A stretch of DNA of 62,618 nucleotides, filler included, from Sphacelaria rigidula (Eukaryota), in the NCBI GenBank assembly GCA_964200075.2. It is 5 parts of 5 records of this genome, joined end to end, with 100 filler letters (N's around TTAATTAATTAA, not from the genome) between each part and the next. Parts side by side here need not be neighbours in the genome. Positions count along the whole stretch, not along the records: positions 1 to 12,444 come from CAXNAA020003760.1; positions 12,545 to 24,988 come from CAXNAA020003761.1; 3 more parts are not named here. The stretch is one strand, 5' to 3'. The position numbers were made by a program, and so were the translations under genes. This document shows positions 1 to 12,702 of this stretch, piece after piece; positions within the stretch are counted from its first letter, which is position 1; each line of letters begins with the position of its first letter. The notes under the pieces were generated by a model, which saw only the letters and a program-made list of their open reading frames with translations, had not been told where the DNA came from and did no database searches.

Positions 1-127
1 CCATTACGGATGTTTTCAAACAAAGTGGGTTCGGGTTACGAGCAAAACCAGAGCCAAGTTTTTGAATTTGAGAGCGCCACCTCTACCAACCCGCTCAGCG
101 GGCAGGTGAACAGCACGCACATAGTTC
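1..127 (+). repeat. Direct repeat, identical to 7954-8080
   Basis: ccattacgga...cacatagttc matches base for base, then the copies diverge. Confidence 0.95.
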
Positions 128-128
128 G

Positions 129-527
129 TATAACTGCTCGATGATGAAATACGACAAGGCGACGAGGACGGAGCTAGGGTGCACTGCCGCTATCCGTGCC
201 ACCAAGCAGTGCACAGGGGAGTGGAAGACGTCGTTCGTGGACCTCAACCACGTGAACTGCGCTGGCAGCACGACCACAGCGTACATCAGAGCAGTCCAGC
301 CGCTCGTGGATGAGACGTTGCGGCTAAATCCGAACATGACGCGCAAAGACCTGAATAAAACGGTGTAGACCCTGACGGAGGCTCTTATTTCCGAACGCTC
401 AGCGTCCCGAGTCCGTTCCAACGTGCGACAAGAGGGCGAAGCAGAAATTGCCGAGACGTACATGTACGTGGAGTCGTATCTCGACGGGCTCGAGAGCCAC
501 TCCCGTGGCACAGTGACATGCTTGGAG
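129..527 (+). pseudogene. Mutator/MULE-type transposase N-terminal remnant
   Basis: ORFs 141-368 and 423-641 share a frame across one TAG. YNC..GCTAAIRATK..WK..NHVNC resembles the MuDR zinc finger, and Y..VESYL..L...SRGTVTCLE is typical of the MULE pre-DDE region. GAG|GTAAGG donor at 528. Confidence 0.6.
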
Positions 528-1006
528 GTAAGGTGCTTTTCTTTTACTGGCTGCTGCGAGTGTCCTGTTCTGCTGACTGACTGCACTCCAGAATTCCGCG
601 CTATTGACTGTGTCCTGAAATTACGATATTCAAGTCTTTAGCGCGAGTCAAATATTTTTGCCTGTGCTCGTGATGTCGCCGTCGCGCGCATGAAGCACAG
701 GATCGACGTTCATGCACTCATGCATCCCCGCGTTCGGTATCCCTTCAAACACCCCGTGCTCGTCCGCACGTCGCCACGAAGCAGAAAGACGCGTCTGGAC
801 GTTTCACACAAGCTTTCGTCATGCTGGGGAAGACAGCACATGTTGCTGTGAACAGTGTCCCGAAGGTGAAACAAGAATGAACACGAAGGGAGTGGTGACA
901 GGCGAAATGACGTGACACGTTTGTGGTTCCGAGGGCCGGCCGTTTGTGCTTTCGCCAAGAATTTCGACACTGAAAACACTGAAGACAGTACACAACCCCT
1001 AAACTT

Positions 1007-1613
1007 TGGGCCTTTGTTTTTTATGCGCATATACATATATATATATATATTAATGCGCGCTTTTCGAATTTTTATATGTTCAAAAGTGAACATTATGCGC
1101 CGATTTCTGCGTGTTTTGGTGAAATATGCGCGACTGATGCGCCTTCTTCGCGTCCTTCTTGAGGCGGTTCCTGGCGGGTTCCTGGCGGCACCGCCCATGG
1201 GACGTACCTTCTAGCAAGAGAATAAGACGGCACGTCGAACATTTCACGATGTCATTCATTTATTTATTTTATTAGTTTTTATTAGTTTTACAAAAAGACA
1301 AAGTAGCTCACATACAGCGCCACAGTCGATATCAGACCCGCAACAAGGTTCAAAAAAATAAATTACGAATACAAACGCCACGACACCACGAACCACGCCA
1401 CATGGAGCACCCGTGGGTAGCTACCACCTGCTGGACATGAGGTGCATAATCCCGTTGCAGTACTATATGCGCCAAGTTATGCGTAAAACTTAGCTTTTAT
1501 GCCCTTGTTATGCTGAAATCTCCAAAAACATCTGTTTTCCAAAAAACACACATGCTAATGCGCGAAACCCCGTTTATGCGAAATTACATGCGCGCATAAA
1601 ACGCAAAGACCTA
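1007..1613. mobile_element. Non-autonomous hAT-like DNA transposon (~607 bp)
   Basis: Imperfect TIRs tgggcctttgttttttatgcgc / taggtctttgcgttttatgcgc; 8-bp flanks ctaaactt / ctagactt (7/8, TSD); clustered subterminal TATGCG motifs. Confidence 0.7.
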
Positions 1614-4600
1614 CTAGACTTATGTTAGTATAGAGTGCTTCAGTGTTTCATCCTGCGTCTTCGGTGCGGAGAGCGAAGCACGAGGCAAACCTGTGCGTTA
1701 GCGAGGTGAAGCCTGGGACGTCAGCGTCCGACGTGTGCGCGTTGGGTTGGACCCGTTGGGCTGGTACGCGTATGACGGGGGACAACACCCTCCACTTGAA
1801 CTCAATACATCCTTTGCTACAGCAGCTGCGCCCCCTAGAGATAAACGCCATGTTGACCACCACAAGAAGTAGCCACGGGTTTCTTTTCCGCCTCTACCAT
1901 GGCGCATGAAGCGTGCAAATCCGGGCACCGATTTCATAGGTACGGGTCGCCATATAACAATTGAACTCAAATCAGCTATTTTTTCATCGTTTCCCACGAT
2001 TCTTGAACGGATTCAACTCAAGTTTCTTGTATTGATGTACATGCGTGCGCTACTCGAGCCCCATGTGCCGCAAAAAGGTCAACGAGATTGAATTGTTGGG
2101 GGTTTTCTTGTCCGGGCCCGTTCTGGGCATCATGCCCCTTCGCCAGCTGGCTACAGACCAGACCAGTACAGTATATCGATGATATTTTTCACAAGCACCA
2201 CCATGCCATCCTGAAGCGGTATACCTTCGTAAGGGGGGCGGTGCTCTAGCACACGGGGTCGCAAACACAAGAGATGGTGCATGTTTACGTTAAAATAGCT
2301 GTCCGATATCCGGTGTGGGAAGTGCTTGGTTGTCTTCGCTATTGCATCTCAAACCTATTTCTGTCGCTGTACCGACTGTATCTTTTTTACCGGAAGATAC
2401 GCCCAACCCTGGCAAAGCGGTGGGCATCGCGTGAGTACTGTCTGTACGGTACCGATCAACACCAGCCATCCCGAACAAAAGCACGGCGACCAACAATAGA
2501 GAGCTAGCAGAAGTAATGCCGATATAGTCTTTTTTCCGGGATTATGTCATCCGGGGGCATGAAACAACGCAGAGCGACAACGATAGCATCGTCTTATCGC
2601 ATGCCTCGCCGTATCCAAAGCCGCGTGCAGGATACAGGAGGAGCAAGCGGAGCGCAAATGGAGACTGCAACGCCAACCCCCGCCCCCGCAACCACACCGC
2701 AGGCATGGCGACGCTCATACCGAGCGTTGGATACATCAAACCGTTCACAGACAAACAAAGCACCCCTTGTGGGGCGGTTTTCGTCCTGGATACCATCTCT
2801 CCGCAGCACGGTCCTGTACTGTGGCTGCGGTGGCTGCGGGGACCAGGAGGCCAGTGAACACGAGTGTGACGGAGTATGGACTGGAAATAATTTGAATAAA
2901 ATTACTTGAAATTAGAATGTGCGTTATATGATTTGACCCGTACATATGCACCCGTCGCCCAAATCAAATCTGAGCATGTGAGCATTTGCGGTCCTCCTTC
3001 TTCTGAATGTCAACACTCGCCCTTTCACGCAGACCCGCGGTCGGAATGGTGGAAGATCGACAGGCAAATGGTATGTCGAAGCAAAGTCATTGGGACAAGC
3101 CCGTTACTTCCCTCGTAACAAGCGCGCCCGGCACTAGCGGATAGAAATGGGTGCCCCATCACGCCAAACAACGAAGTACCATGCACGATTCCCAGGTAAA
3201 CATCCTACAGAGGGCATATGTGTTTGTTTCTTGCCTCGATAACAGGCGAGTGAGGAGTGAGCGAGCAAGGTTCATTCCCCGGCCATCTCCCATGCCGTAT
3301 TTTTCCAGATGGATCCTGGACCTTTGCAACAATGTGTTCTGGGATACGTGGGAAACCCCCCGCGGATGAGGTTTTCAATTTTGGTTCGCCACATATCTGG
3401 GGTCCCACGTCACCATGATTCACGTTTTGGAACACAAATCGCTACCGTAACCACCGTTCCGAAATGTGTTCCCGGCGTTTGATTAGATGGGTAAACGCGG
3501 CAACTCAATTTCATTGGTCATAAGATTGAGAGCAAACTGTGCCGGAAGATCGCTTTTTAATGTTTATAATATTTCGAATGCATCCGAGTGGCAGAGAAAT
3601 AACTCCACTACCATAGGAATTCGCAAAACGGTACATGGTAATTTTTGTACAGTACAGTCCACACTGTCTGCACTGTTTGCATGCTTGAGGGTGTTTCGCA
3701 CCTGAGTTTATTATTACCCTCCAACCCTGAATGCTTTACATGAGCACAATCCAATATCACTTGAGCTATAGAAATGGTAATAAATACAGGAGGCAATACA
3801 CGGTTCGGACGGATTGTCGCCGGTTCGAATCACCAGATGCGTGATTTTTCAGGTTGGATTTCTCGAAAAAGGGAATGAAGTTGACTGCTGATCAAAACGT
3901 TCTGCACGCAGTTTCCGCGCCCATCCCACGTGCCTGGGGTGCGCGTACCTGGGTTTCAACGCTGAAACAAAGCCTAAGGATCGATTCGTACAGTACGAAT
4001 AAATCACACAAGAATAAAGTGATTCCAAGACGAATCATAATTCGTCCGACCCTCGCAGAAATTACTAGATATTTGTTCGTATTTCGTTCTATTTGGACAA
4101 GGACAAGATGAGATAAATCAGAAGCTGACGACGTGGAGTGCAGGCAGCCCAGAACCATATTTGTTTTGTCTCTTCTTAAAATACGACGTGAAAAGGACTG
4201 TCGCATGAACGTGTACTGCCTGCATTGTCCATGAGCGTATACGTAACTCCATTGCCCTTCTCATCACGCAGTTCCGTCGTTTGTCCCTACAATGTAATAA
4301 GATGCTCAAGTTTTCGCCAACAAAAAAACAAACAGGGCATACCCAACCACTCCAGGATGTGTTGCTGTGGTCAACTCGTGCTGTATGTTGCAGAGTTGCG
4401 GTGGTGGCTGAGAATTAGTTGGATAGTGCGTGTGTGGTTCTGTGAATGGGTATTATCTGGCTTGGTGGTCTGTAAGATAAAAGTCGAGTGCCTGTTCGTG
4501 CCTCTCGACCGCCAGTTTTCGATCGGAAAAGCTCAGCTGAGTTGTGTTTAACTTTTTTCGCACGCCACTGATTATAAAATAGAGTCAAACCCAGCTAGGA

Positions 4601-6483
4601 CCGGAAACGCGGTGGGTCAATCAGACCGCCGTTTGTGTTTTCCCATTTTTTCGGTTTTTCGGTCGAAGAAATGTGTTGGGACACGCCATCGGGCTTTATA
4701 ACATCATCATCCACAGATGAGAAAGAAATTGACGACCCGCGCGCCTCTTTTTGCTACTTGGCGGCAGAGTAATCACTGTCGGTTTCTTTCTCCGCTTCCC
4801 TTGGGGGTAGAGTGAGCACTCGCCTAGCAAACGGGTGTTCACGTGCGTGTTTGAATTTTGCGGCAGAGCGGACATAAGTGGCCGTAACCCTACACCTCAT
4901 ACTCGCCGAATGCAACGATTACTCGCGGCCGTGTTTTTCGGGGGAAAAGGCGAAGTCTATTCGTTCAATTACCTGCGTGTATTCATGTTTCTTCATTGGA
5001 CGACGGGGACGATGTGTAACATGGTGGCGATCAGAACTTGAATTACCCGCCAAACTCGTGATTGTTCAGGCCCTCCCTTATCTTCGCAGAAGAGAAGAGC
5101 ACATGACCTTTCATATCCCCACCGTGCGAAAAGATGGCTACTGTTTCGGTGTCCACACCGAAACAAAGTGGGGAAGTTTTGTGTTCTGTGTCGTATGATT
5201 GATCAAGGCTCGACGCCTTTTCTGTATTTTCCGGGCGACGGGAATGTGCTGTACCTGGGGACCGTATGGATAAGGGTGTCACGCAGGAGAAGCAGGATCG
5301 AAACATATATATTTTCGAAATGAGTTACGTCTCAATATCAACGACTTCGGATACTACCCTTGGGCTGGCTCTCGGTCAAAATCAGAGCGCATACTCCCCG
5401 CGTCGGGCGAATCATTACTCGTTGAAGTGAGTAATCTCGAGTGCTCAACGAACAAGCATGGCTCGAGTGTTCGCCCTATCGCTTTTTTAACAATGAGCGG
5501 ATTACCCGACTGCTCGCGCTATGAACTTCAACGAGCAACGACTAGTGCCCTGCTGACTTTTTCCACAACGAGCGAAGACTGGAGTTTTCGGGACCCCCAA
5601 CAATGGTCAACAAGCGGGAGTGCCAGGAGTCATACTCGTGCTCGTCCCACGTATGGACCGTACAACCGTCGATTTTGGTTGGAACACAAGGAAGGATGGA
5701 TTGAAAGAACTGCTTTAACGAGGGTGTCACGCGGGAGAAAAACGAAGGCAATATCTTATACCTTCCTATTGATGTACCTCTTGGGCTGAATCATGTATTA
5801 CTTTACTGGAGGTTCTCCTGTCAAAAAGTCCATCTCTTGACGTTGCGTCCGCTGGTTCAAAATCTGAAATGATCGCTCGAGTCGTCTCGTTCAGGGTTGT
5901 CTTATTAAAACTTGTTTACCTGTTTGATGCTAGAAAATGGGTCCAACAAGGACAACACCTCTTGTTTGAAGAGTTCGTTTTCGATGTGCGCTACCGCAAT
6001 TGTGTTTGCTTTCTGCACACGCGACCGGAACCTGACGAAGCTACACTCTTGAGGTTTCTTCTGATACGTCGAGGTGACCTATGTGTCGTCGTGGTGGTGT
6101 CTACAGCTGGATGAAATTTTCTGGTGGCGCCACGAAACACGTGTGGACTTTAGGAGGTCACATGCGGGTTCATTTTTCTTCCCCTTTACGCATCCAGTCC
6201 CTTACACTAAACGCCACCGTAATACCAAGCCGCATGACTTTGAAAAAAAAGCTATTCCTGGTGCAGTTCGAATAAGATACCACCGAGGACAACCGTTGTC
6301 CACGGCCGATCGATTTTTCGTGTGCGCGGATAATTACCTCCGTCGAGCAGGACATATTGCGTATTTTGTTCCTCTTGTGAATGTGTAAAAATTTAATTCA
6401 ATTTTCCTCGGCAAGAACATGCAACGGAACGGTGCGAAATGATACTAATCCCGAACCAAAGATGGAGTCGGTGTGCCGTTTAC

Positions 6484-6750
6484 CTCTAGAGCAGCCCATA
6501 AGAACGTCTGATATTTGCACGCGTACAAGATGAAAGGAACGCATTCTGCCGTCCTACATGATTACCAAGATAGTAATTCCCCATTTCAACATGTTCATCA
6601 CTCCTACCCTCCTCTCTCATCTCTCGAGTAGCCCATGGAAACGTCTGACATATGCACGCGTACAAAATGAAAGGGATGCATCCTGCTATCCTACATGATT
6701 ACCAAGATAGTACTTCCCCATTTCAACATGTTCATCACTCCTCCCCTCTT
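6484..6750. repeat. Two-copy tandem duplication, period 137 bp
   Basis: ...tcctacatgattaccaagatagta.ttccccatttcaacatgttcatcactcct occurs twice, 137 bp apart. Confidence 0.9.
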
Positions 6751-7953
6751 CTCTTCCTCACCACGTATCGCTTCCTCGGCTATATTGAATGTCATTACCC
6801 GACATAAAAATCTGACCACTGTCATTTCCCCATTGAGTTTCTTGTCCGGGTTGGATGCCACCGACTATCACGTCCTCTGTAAGTGCCTGAGACACTACCC
6901 CGGAGTCTCCCATACGAAATCCGCCTGATGCGCTGCTTGACGACATTGTTGAATAAAGGCTGTGATGTACAGTTGTTTCACCACTTCCTTGTGTACCTGT
7001 TTTTCTTCCTCTTTTTATATGGCACCAAATAATTACATAAAGATCGCTCTGCTTCGCATCACACTTCCAATTTTCCTATTCTTTCTCACATCGAAATGGA
7101 ATGGAAAAGGGACAGAAGAGACAGACGCCCTCGATGAAGAAAAGCAAGAACGCCATACAAGCAGAAGAAGGGACGGAAAGAAAGTAAGGGCCATAAATTG
7201 ACGATGACAATTCTTTCGCTCATCGCACCACGCAAATTCCAGACATTATCGTTCTAGTCCGAGTGACGTCCTTCCACGTGCGCAAGGGTGCGCAGGAAGG
7301 CGGAGCTGAGACCGGAGTCGTCGCTCGGCAAGTTCCCGCTAGGTCCTCTCGATCTATCCCTGGCCACTACTTGTAGATCCGTCTTGACGTACACGTACAA
7401 CACGTGCCTCCCGGAATGCCAGTGGGCATCGAACGAGGCAGACGCGCTAGTGCCACCCCCAGTAGTGCAATCGTACTTGAGCCATTTCCACTGCAAACGG
7501 AACTGCGTAACGTAGTGGGCGCCCACCCAGATGAGATACACAACCGAGACCAACGAGTACTCTACGCCTAAAGAGAGAGTCTCGGACGCGTCGCGGGGAA
7601 CGCCAACGACTGCGTCGACGGCATGTGCATGTAGTACTGCGCGTGTACATGTCGTGGTCTGTTCGCATTATGATGCTTCGTCACTATCGGGGGTGGTGGG
7701 TGAATTCAAAAATGTGTTCGTTTTTAGACTGGCGGGTCTGCTCAAACGTAGTATGGAACTGGTTCTATGGTACAGGCAGATATACGCCGGCCGGAAATGA
7801 ATTATATTTCTAGTACATTTATTCACGCAAAAAGTATATCCATCTATATATATATATATAGCTGGATCCTTATTTCCACTGCGAACTTTTATCATAACCG
7901 ATCCCGCGTTGTTTTTTTCTAATTCGGGAGCCCACATTTTTTTAATCAACTGC

Positions 7954-8080
7954 CCATTACGGATGTTTTCAAACAAAGTGGGTTCGGGTTACGAGCAAAA
8001 CCAGAGCCAAGTTTTTGAATTTGAGAGCGCCACCTCTACCAACCCGCTCAGCGGGCAGGTGAACAGCACGCACATAGTTC
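7954..8080 (+). repeat. Second copy of the 127-bp repeat at window start
   Basis: Identical to 1-127. Confidence 0.95.
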
Positions 8081-8107
8081 ACATGAGCACAGCTACACGC
8101 ATAGAAG

Positions 8108-8153
8108 GTCAGAAGGTTTCGAGGTTACAAACTGAGCCACCGGGGCGACCGGC
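8108..8153 (-). mobile_element. tRNA-derived SINE head fragment
   Basis: gtcagaaggtttcgaggttac.aactgagccaccggggcgaccggc matches the SINE head at 61090-61136. Confidence 0.8.
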
Positions 8154-9059
8154 ATACAGCAGAGACAAACACAAAGAGGACCGACGGAGTATCGAAGTCC
8201 AGCCTGCACGAGTCAATACGGTGTTTGCGGAGACCAAATTCGGGTCAGGACTTGGATTTCGTAATTCCCCCGAAGTCCAAAGTCAGCCCAACGTCCGATG
8301 GTTGCGTTTCGCTCGGGTTGGACTTTCAATAGGAGATACTATTGGCTGACTCATGTGCGGAAATAATAATAATAATTGACCAACAGGCGTGACGTGTAGC
8401 GTGTAACCGTCCTCCCGACAACGCACACCACACCAGGCACCTCGCTGCTCTCGCGAATACCAGAACACACGCCCAGAACATGGCGAATCAACGGGGGATG
8501 GTGTGGCAGTGGTGTTTTTTTGAGGTCAACACAGAAACATATGCCCAAAGAAACAGTATTTTGAGCACAACTTGACACAGAGAGCGATTGACGTGACGTG
8601 TATCCGCTTGGCACAGAAGTTGTTGCAGACCAGGATAATCATTTTGATACCAAGTCATGAATCACATGGGCACAAACGACGTACTTTTTACTTGTGGCCT
8701 GTCTTTGCCGCCTGCCTTACCCCTCTTGTGTTGCCAACATAGCTTCACACTGCAGTGTTGTTGTGCAAGACTAAGCAGAGACACCAGTAGCGTGCAGTAG
8801 ACTATGTTCAGTGCAGAATGATGCACCCTCACCGTTTCTTGCTGCTGAGTCCAGCGAAGATATTCATCTGACACTGACTTTGCCCGCACTTGAGTCCAGG
8901 TGGGGGTACACTCGTGAGGGTTTCTCCTGTACTATTTTCTCTACATCTAGGGAGCATCCAGGTAAACTCCACGTAGATGAAAAACAGACTGTAGGCCGTA
9001 GCGTGAACTGTATCGGCCGTGTTCAGTCCCACGCCAAGTATGATTCCTCCAAGGGGCGG

Positions 9060-9631
9060 TAAGTACTTCGTCCCACCCCAAATCTGTCCAGACCGAAACA
9101 CCGCATGCAGCACTACAACTGTCCAGGAACTCTCCAACGCACATCGCACCGTGATCATCGAGAACTGTTTAGATGCGCGACAGCACAGCGACAACTAAAG
9201 CATAAAAATTGTGGGTTTGGGAAGCACCTTGTTCGTTTCACTCGAGACGACATAGCCAACACACCATGAAGGTGTCAACACAGTGTCTATTGTAGAGAGC
9301 ACTGCGTGTTGACAGCATTATTTTTCGAAGAGACGAACGCCACGACAGTGATGAAGCAACTCTCGCTGCCAGTCCCAACAGAGACCAAACCGTCTTCAAA
9401 AAGACCTGGAGACACCCCAACGCAGCGACAGCTACAGCACAAGAGACAGCGCATGAGTGTGTCTGTGCTGCAGCACAGTGATACAGGACATATCCCATGA
9501 GATAGGTCTTCCCCTGATTTCGGATGGGCTAGATTTTGGCCGAGTGGCGGTTTGAAAACGCAGCGCTATATTTGCGCTTCGAGCCGAAATAATTTATGTT
9601 CACTTTGGGCTATCCCTATCTGTGGGAGGTG
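9060..9631. mobile_element. Diverged partial copy of the MITE at 10218-11102
   Basis: Colinear similarity to ~10545-11102, ending in the same tatctgt.ggaggtg terminus. Confidence 0.65.
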
Positions 9632-10217
9632 AGCCGATAATCAGCTGACTGGAGCACATCCAACAGACAACAGTGTACAACAGTAGTACTGACTGTACAC
9701 GACAGCGATTAGCACGAACAACGTAATTGCGCTGTGTGAAGTTTTGAACCCCCAACGCGCGTAGAGAGGCATGCGGCTACGCATCGAGTTTGCTGACTAC
9801 TTCTGAGACTTGAGCAACTCCCGAGGTCACGGCCTTGAAAAACGACACACCCCGGCCAACGGCCTACATCGGAAAAACAGTGTACCGCGTACCGGAGAAA
9901 CAGTTTTTCCGCTCCTGTACTGTATGCAGTACACTTCTATTCATCTAGTCTACTGTTGTCGAGGGTGCGCCATGACCTTGTGATATGCTTTCCTTCCCCG
10001 GCTTTTGGGGGGCGATTACAGCAGATCCGCGCCGCTTTCTGCTCTCGGCATAGCATCAAACGTCACTCGCTATGCACCTACCAACTCTTCAACACCGTCC
10101 AGCACAACGGGGTACGCACTGCTCGGGAGGCCGACCTTGGGAATCACTGTTTATTCAACGTGTTCAGAAAGCAGTGATGAACCTCTGCCCGACTGTCTGA
10201 AAAATTGTCTCACCCTG

Positions 10218-11102
10218 CACCTCCCACAGATGAGGATGACTCGAGGTGAGGTACAACATTTTGGCGCGAAGCGCGATCATCGCCGCGCGTTTAAAAATCG
10301 GCACTCGTCAATAAAGGAGGATCCGTCTGAAATGAGGTAGAGAATATGACATCAAGGCAGACAGCTGCTACCATCAACCGCTTGGGATACAGCAGCTCCG
10401 TGCTGGCTCAGTTTGATTGCCCCAACCTGCACGCGTCCACCTTGCGTGCCTTTTCTGATAACAGCAACTGACTAAAACTGAACTACCAAAGCCCAGCTGC
10501 ACATTCGTCCCGTAAGAAATAATTTCAACTTTACGAACAGCACCTTGATCCCACCCAAATTCTGTGCAAACCGAAACACGGCATACAGCAGTACAACTGT
10601 TCAGGCCCTCTTGAGCGCACATCACGCCATGTTCGTCGCAGAGTGCTTGAATGCACAACAGTACAGCGATAACTAAATACACCATAAAAATGATGCGTGT
10701 GGGAAGCACCTTGTTCGTTTGACATGAGACGAAACAGTCAACAACGACAACAGTAGTGTATACAGCACTGCCTGCCGAAAAACAAAGTTTCGCTCATTTT
10801 GTGTCAAGACTAATGCAGTGACAGTCAGGCAACTGACACACTCCCAGCGAAGATCAAACCGCCTTCCCAAAGGTCCGAAGACACCACAGCATAAATGACA
10901 GCTACAGCACATGAGAGAGAGCGTGAGTATGCTTGTGCTGCAGCACGGTGAAACAGCACATGTCCAATGTGATAGGTTTTTCCCTCATTTCAGATGGGTT
11001 CTCAATTTTTGCTGAGGGCCGATTTTCAAACACCCGGCCATGATCGCGGTTTGCGCGAAAACCTTTCAATTCACCTCGAATCAGCCTTATCTGTTGGAGG
11101 TG
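10218..11102. mobile_element. MITE (~885 bp) with long imperfect TIRs
   Basis: 10218-10345 is the approximate reverse complement of 10970-11102 (cacctcccacagat / atctgttggaggtg). Confidence 0.7.
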
Positions 11103-11384
11103 AACCGAAAAACGTGTCCTGCTGTATCGCATGTTTCCTTCCTTTTTCTCTGAACTTCCATGCAACCCGGATACACGTTACATTTGTCTCATGTTGTTCG
11201 TGATACTCGCTGTCTGTGTCAACTTGTGTTCAACAATCTTTCTTTGTACACATGCTGCTGTGCTGCCTTCATGTGAACACCAATGTCACACCAAGCGTCT
11301 TCGGCGTATGGTGTGGTGTACGCCCTACGCGCGATGATAGAGCTGGTGTGGTATGTGCCGGGAGGACGGAGAACCCTTCGGGTC

Positions 11385-11610
11385 TGTCGACCAATAGCAT
11401 AAACATCTGAAAGACCAAATCGAGGAAAGATCAAAACCGTCTTTTTGCTACGGACTTTGGGGGCAAAGTTGCTTCCCAAAACACAATACCGGTACAGATC
11501 AAGAGGACTTGCGATTGTTGGCCAATAGGGAAGCCCGAGCCCAACCTGGCCCAACACACATATTTGGTCTTCACATCGCCATAGTCGATGGGGTCTTTAA
11601 TAGCTAGTTC
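11385..11610 (-). pseudogene. PWWP-domain-like coding fragment with 1-bp frameshift
   Basis: Joining two minus-strand frames at ~11528 gives GDVKTKYVCWARLGSGFP/YWPTIASP...KTVLIFPRFGLSDVYA, resembling the PWWP consensus VWAK.xGFPWWPA...VxFFG. Confidence 0.5.
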
Positions 11611-12444
11611 TTTAACCATGGTAGGGTGACAGTTGCATCTTGCTCTGAACTTCACGACCAAACCCGAGTTTCATCCGCGCAAACACCCAAATGTTGAGCA
11701 CGACCGAAAACAACCACTTTGATCTTTAATCATCCGGTGGTGCCGTGGATGAGATTTGTTTTCTTGAGATGATGTGCACGAAACATACTGTACGATATAG
11801 ACTTTACGGTAAAACGGTAGTACAATGAAGTGCCAGGGTGTTGCAGCAGCCAAGAGTATTCACAATACAGGCCGTGGATTCTGCGAACAGTACGACATTA
11901 CAAGTATAGGTTATGCTTCGCAAACACGACATAGCTGTAGCCTGCACTTGTCATCTTGTACTACTCCATGTCCGAGTACAGGCTGTACTCTGCCACGTTA
12001 CAAGCACGGGCTGTACTCGCGAGCACAGTAGGTAGCTGTGCTTTGCCACTACACTACAGTACTATGCCGTCTTCACTGTAGGGTTCGAGGTCACATTCAG
12101 ATGCACGTCCATGGCAGTGGATGCAGATGCAGAGGATATGACTACTGATCACTGCTTGCACTACGGTACTACACGTGAAGACTTCACTTTGTTTACTGGG
12201 TGTGTGTTACTGCTGTGTACTGCCTGCACTCCGGTACTACGCGTGAAGGCTTCACCTTGTTTGAAAACATCCGTGACGGGCAGCGGATAAAAAAAATGTG
12301 GGTACCTGTGGGTGGATCAGGGGTGGTTCATTTTCTTTTTAAAAGGAACATAACCCCCCAACGTTAAAAAAATCGAGGCAAAAAAGGAAAAAGGGGGTTC
12401 GTCAGGGGGGGTTGGGCGCCGGGCGGCGAGCCTGCGCTAGTTAC

Positions 12445-12544
12445 NNNNNNNNNNNNNNNNNNNNNNNNNNNNNNNNNNNNNNNNNNNNTTAATTAATTAA
12501 NNNNNNNNNNNNNNNNNNNNNNNNNNNNNNNNNNNNNNNNNNNN
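12445..12544. other. Assembly spacer 1 (N44-TTAATTAATTAA-N44)
   Basis: 100-bp N-run with a palindromic stop-codon linker at 12489-12500. Confidence 0.98.
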
Positions 12545-12702
12545 AAAAATGGACACAATCCCGGGGAGCGGTTGATTCTCATTTCAAAATACGTTCTCAT
12601 TTTTCTGGCAACCCTGTTTCATTTCAATTAGATTGCCTCGGCTCTTTTAAAACGAACTGAAATGGCTCACCTGGACTAAGATGATGTAACTTTACTCCGC
12701 TC

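Noticed and set aside
2544..2909. 121-aa ORF with CGCGGC motif
   Set aside because: No family recognised and no partner exons found.
7254..7630. GC-rich, coding-looking segment
   Set aside because: No frame gave a recognisable domain or consistent splice structure.
12489..12500. Recurrent TTAATTAATTAA palindrome as a biological motif
   Set aside because: It always sits in the centre of N-runs, so it is an artificial linker.
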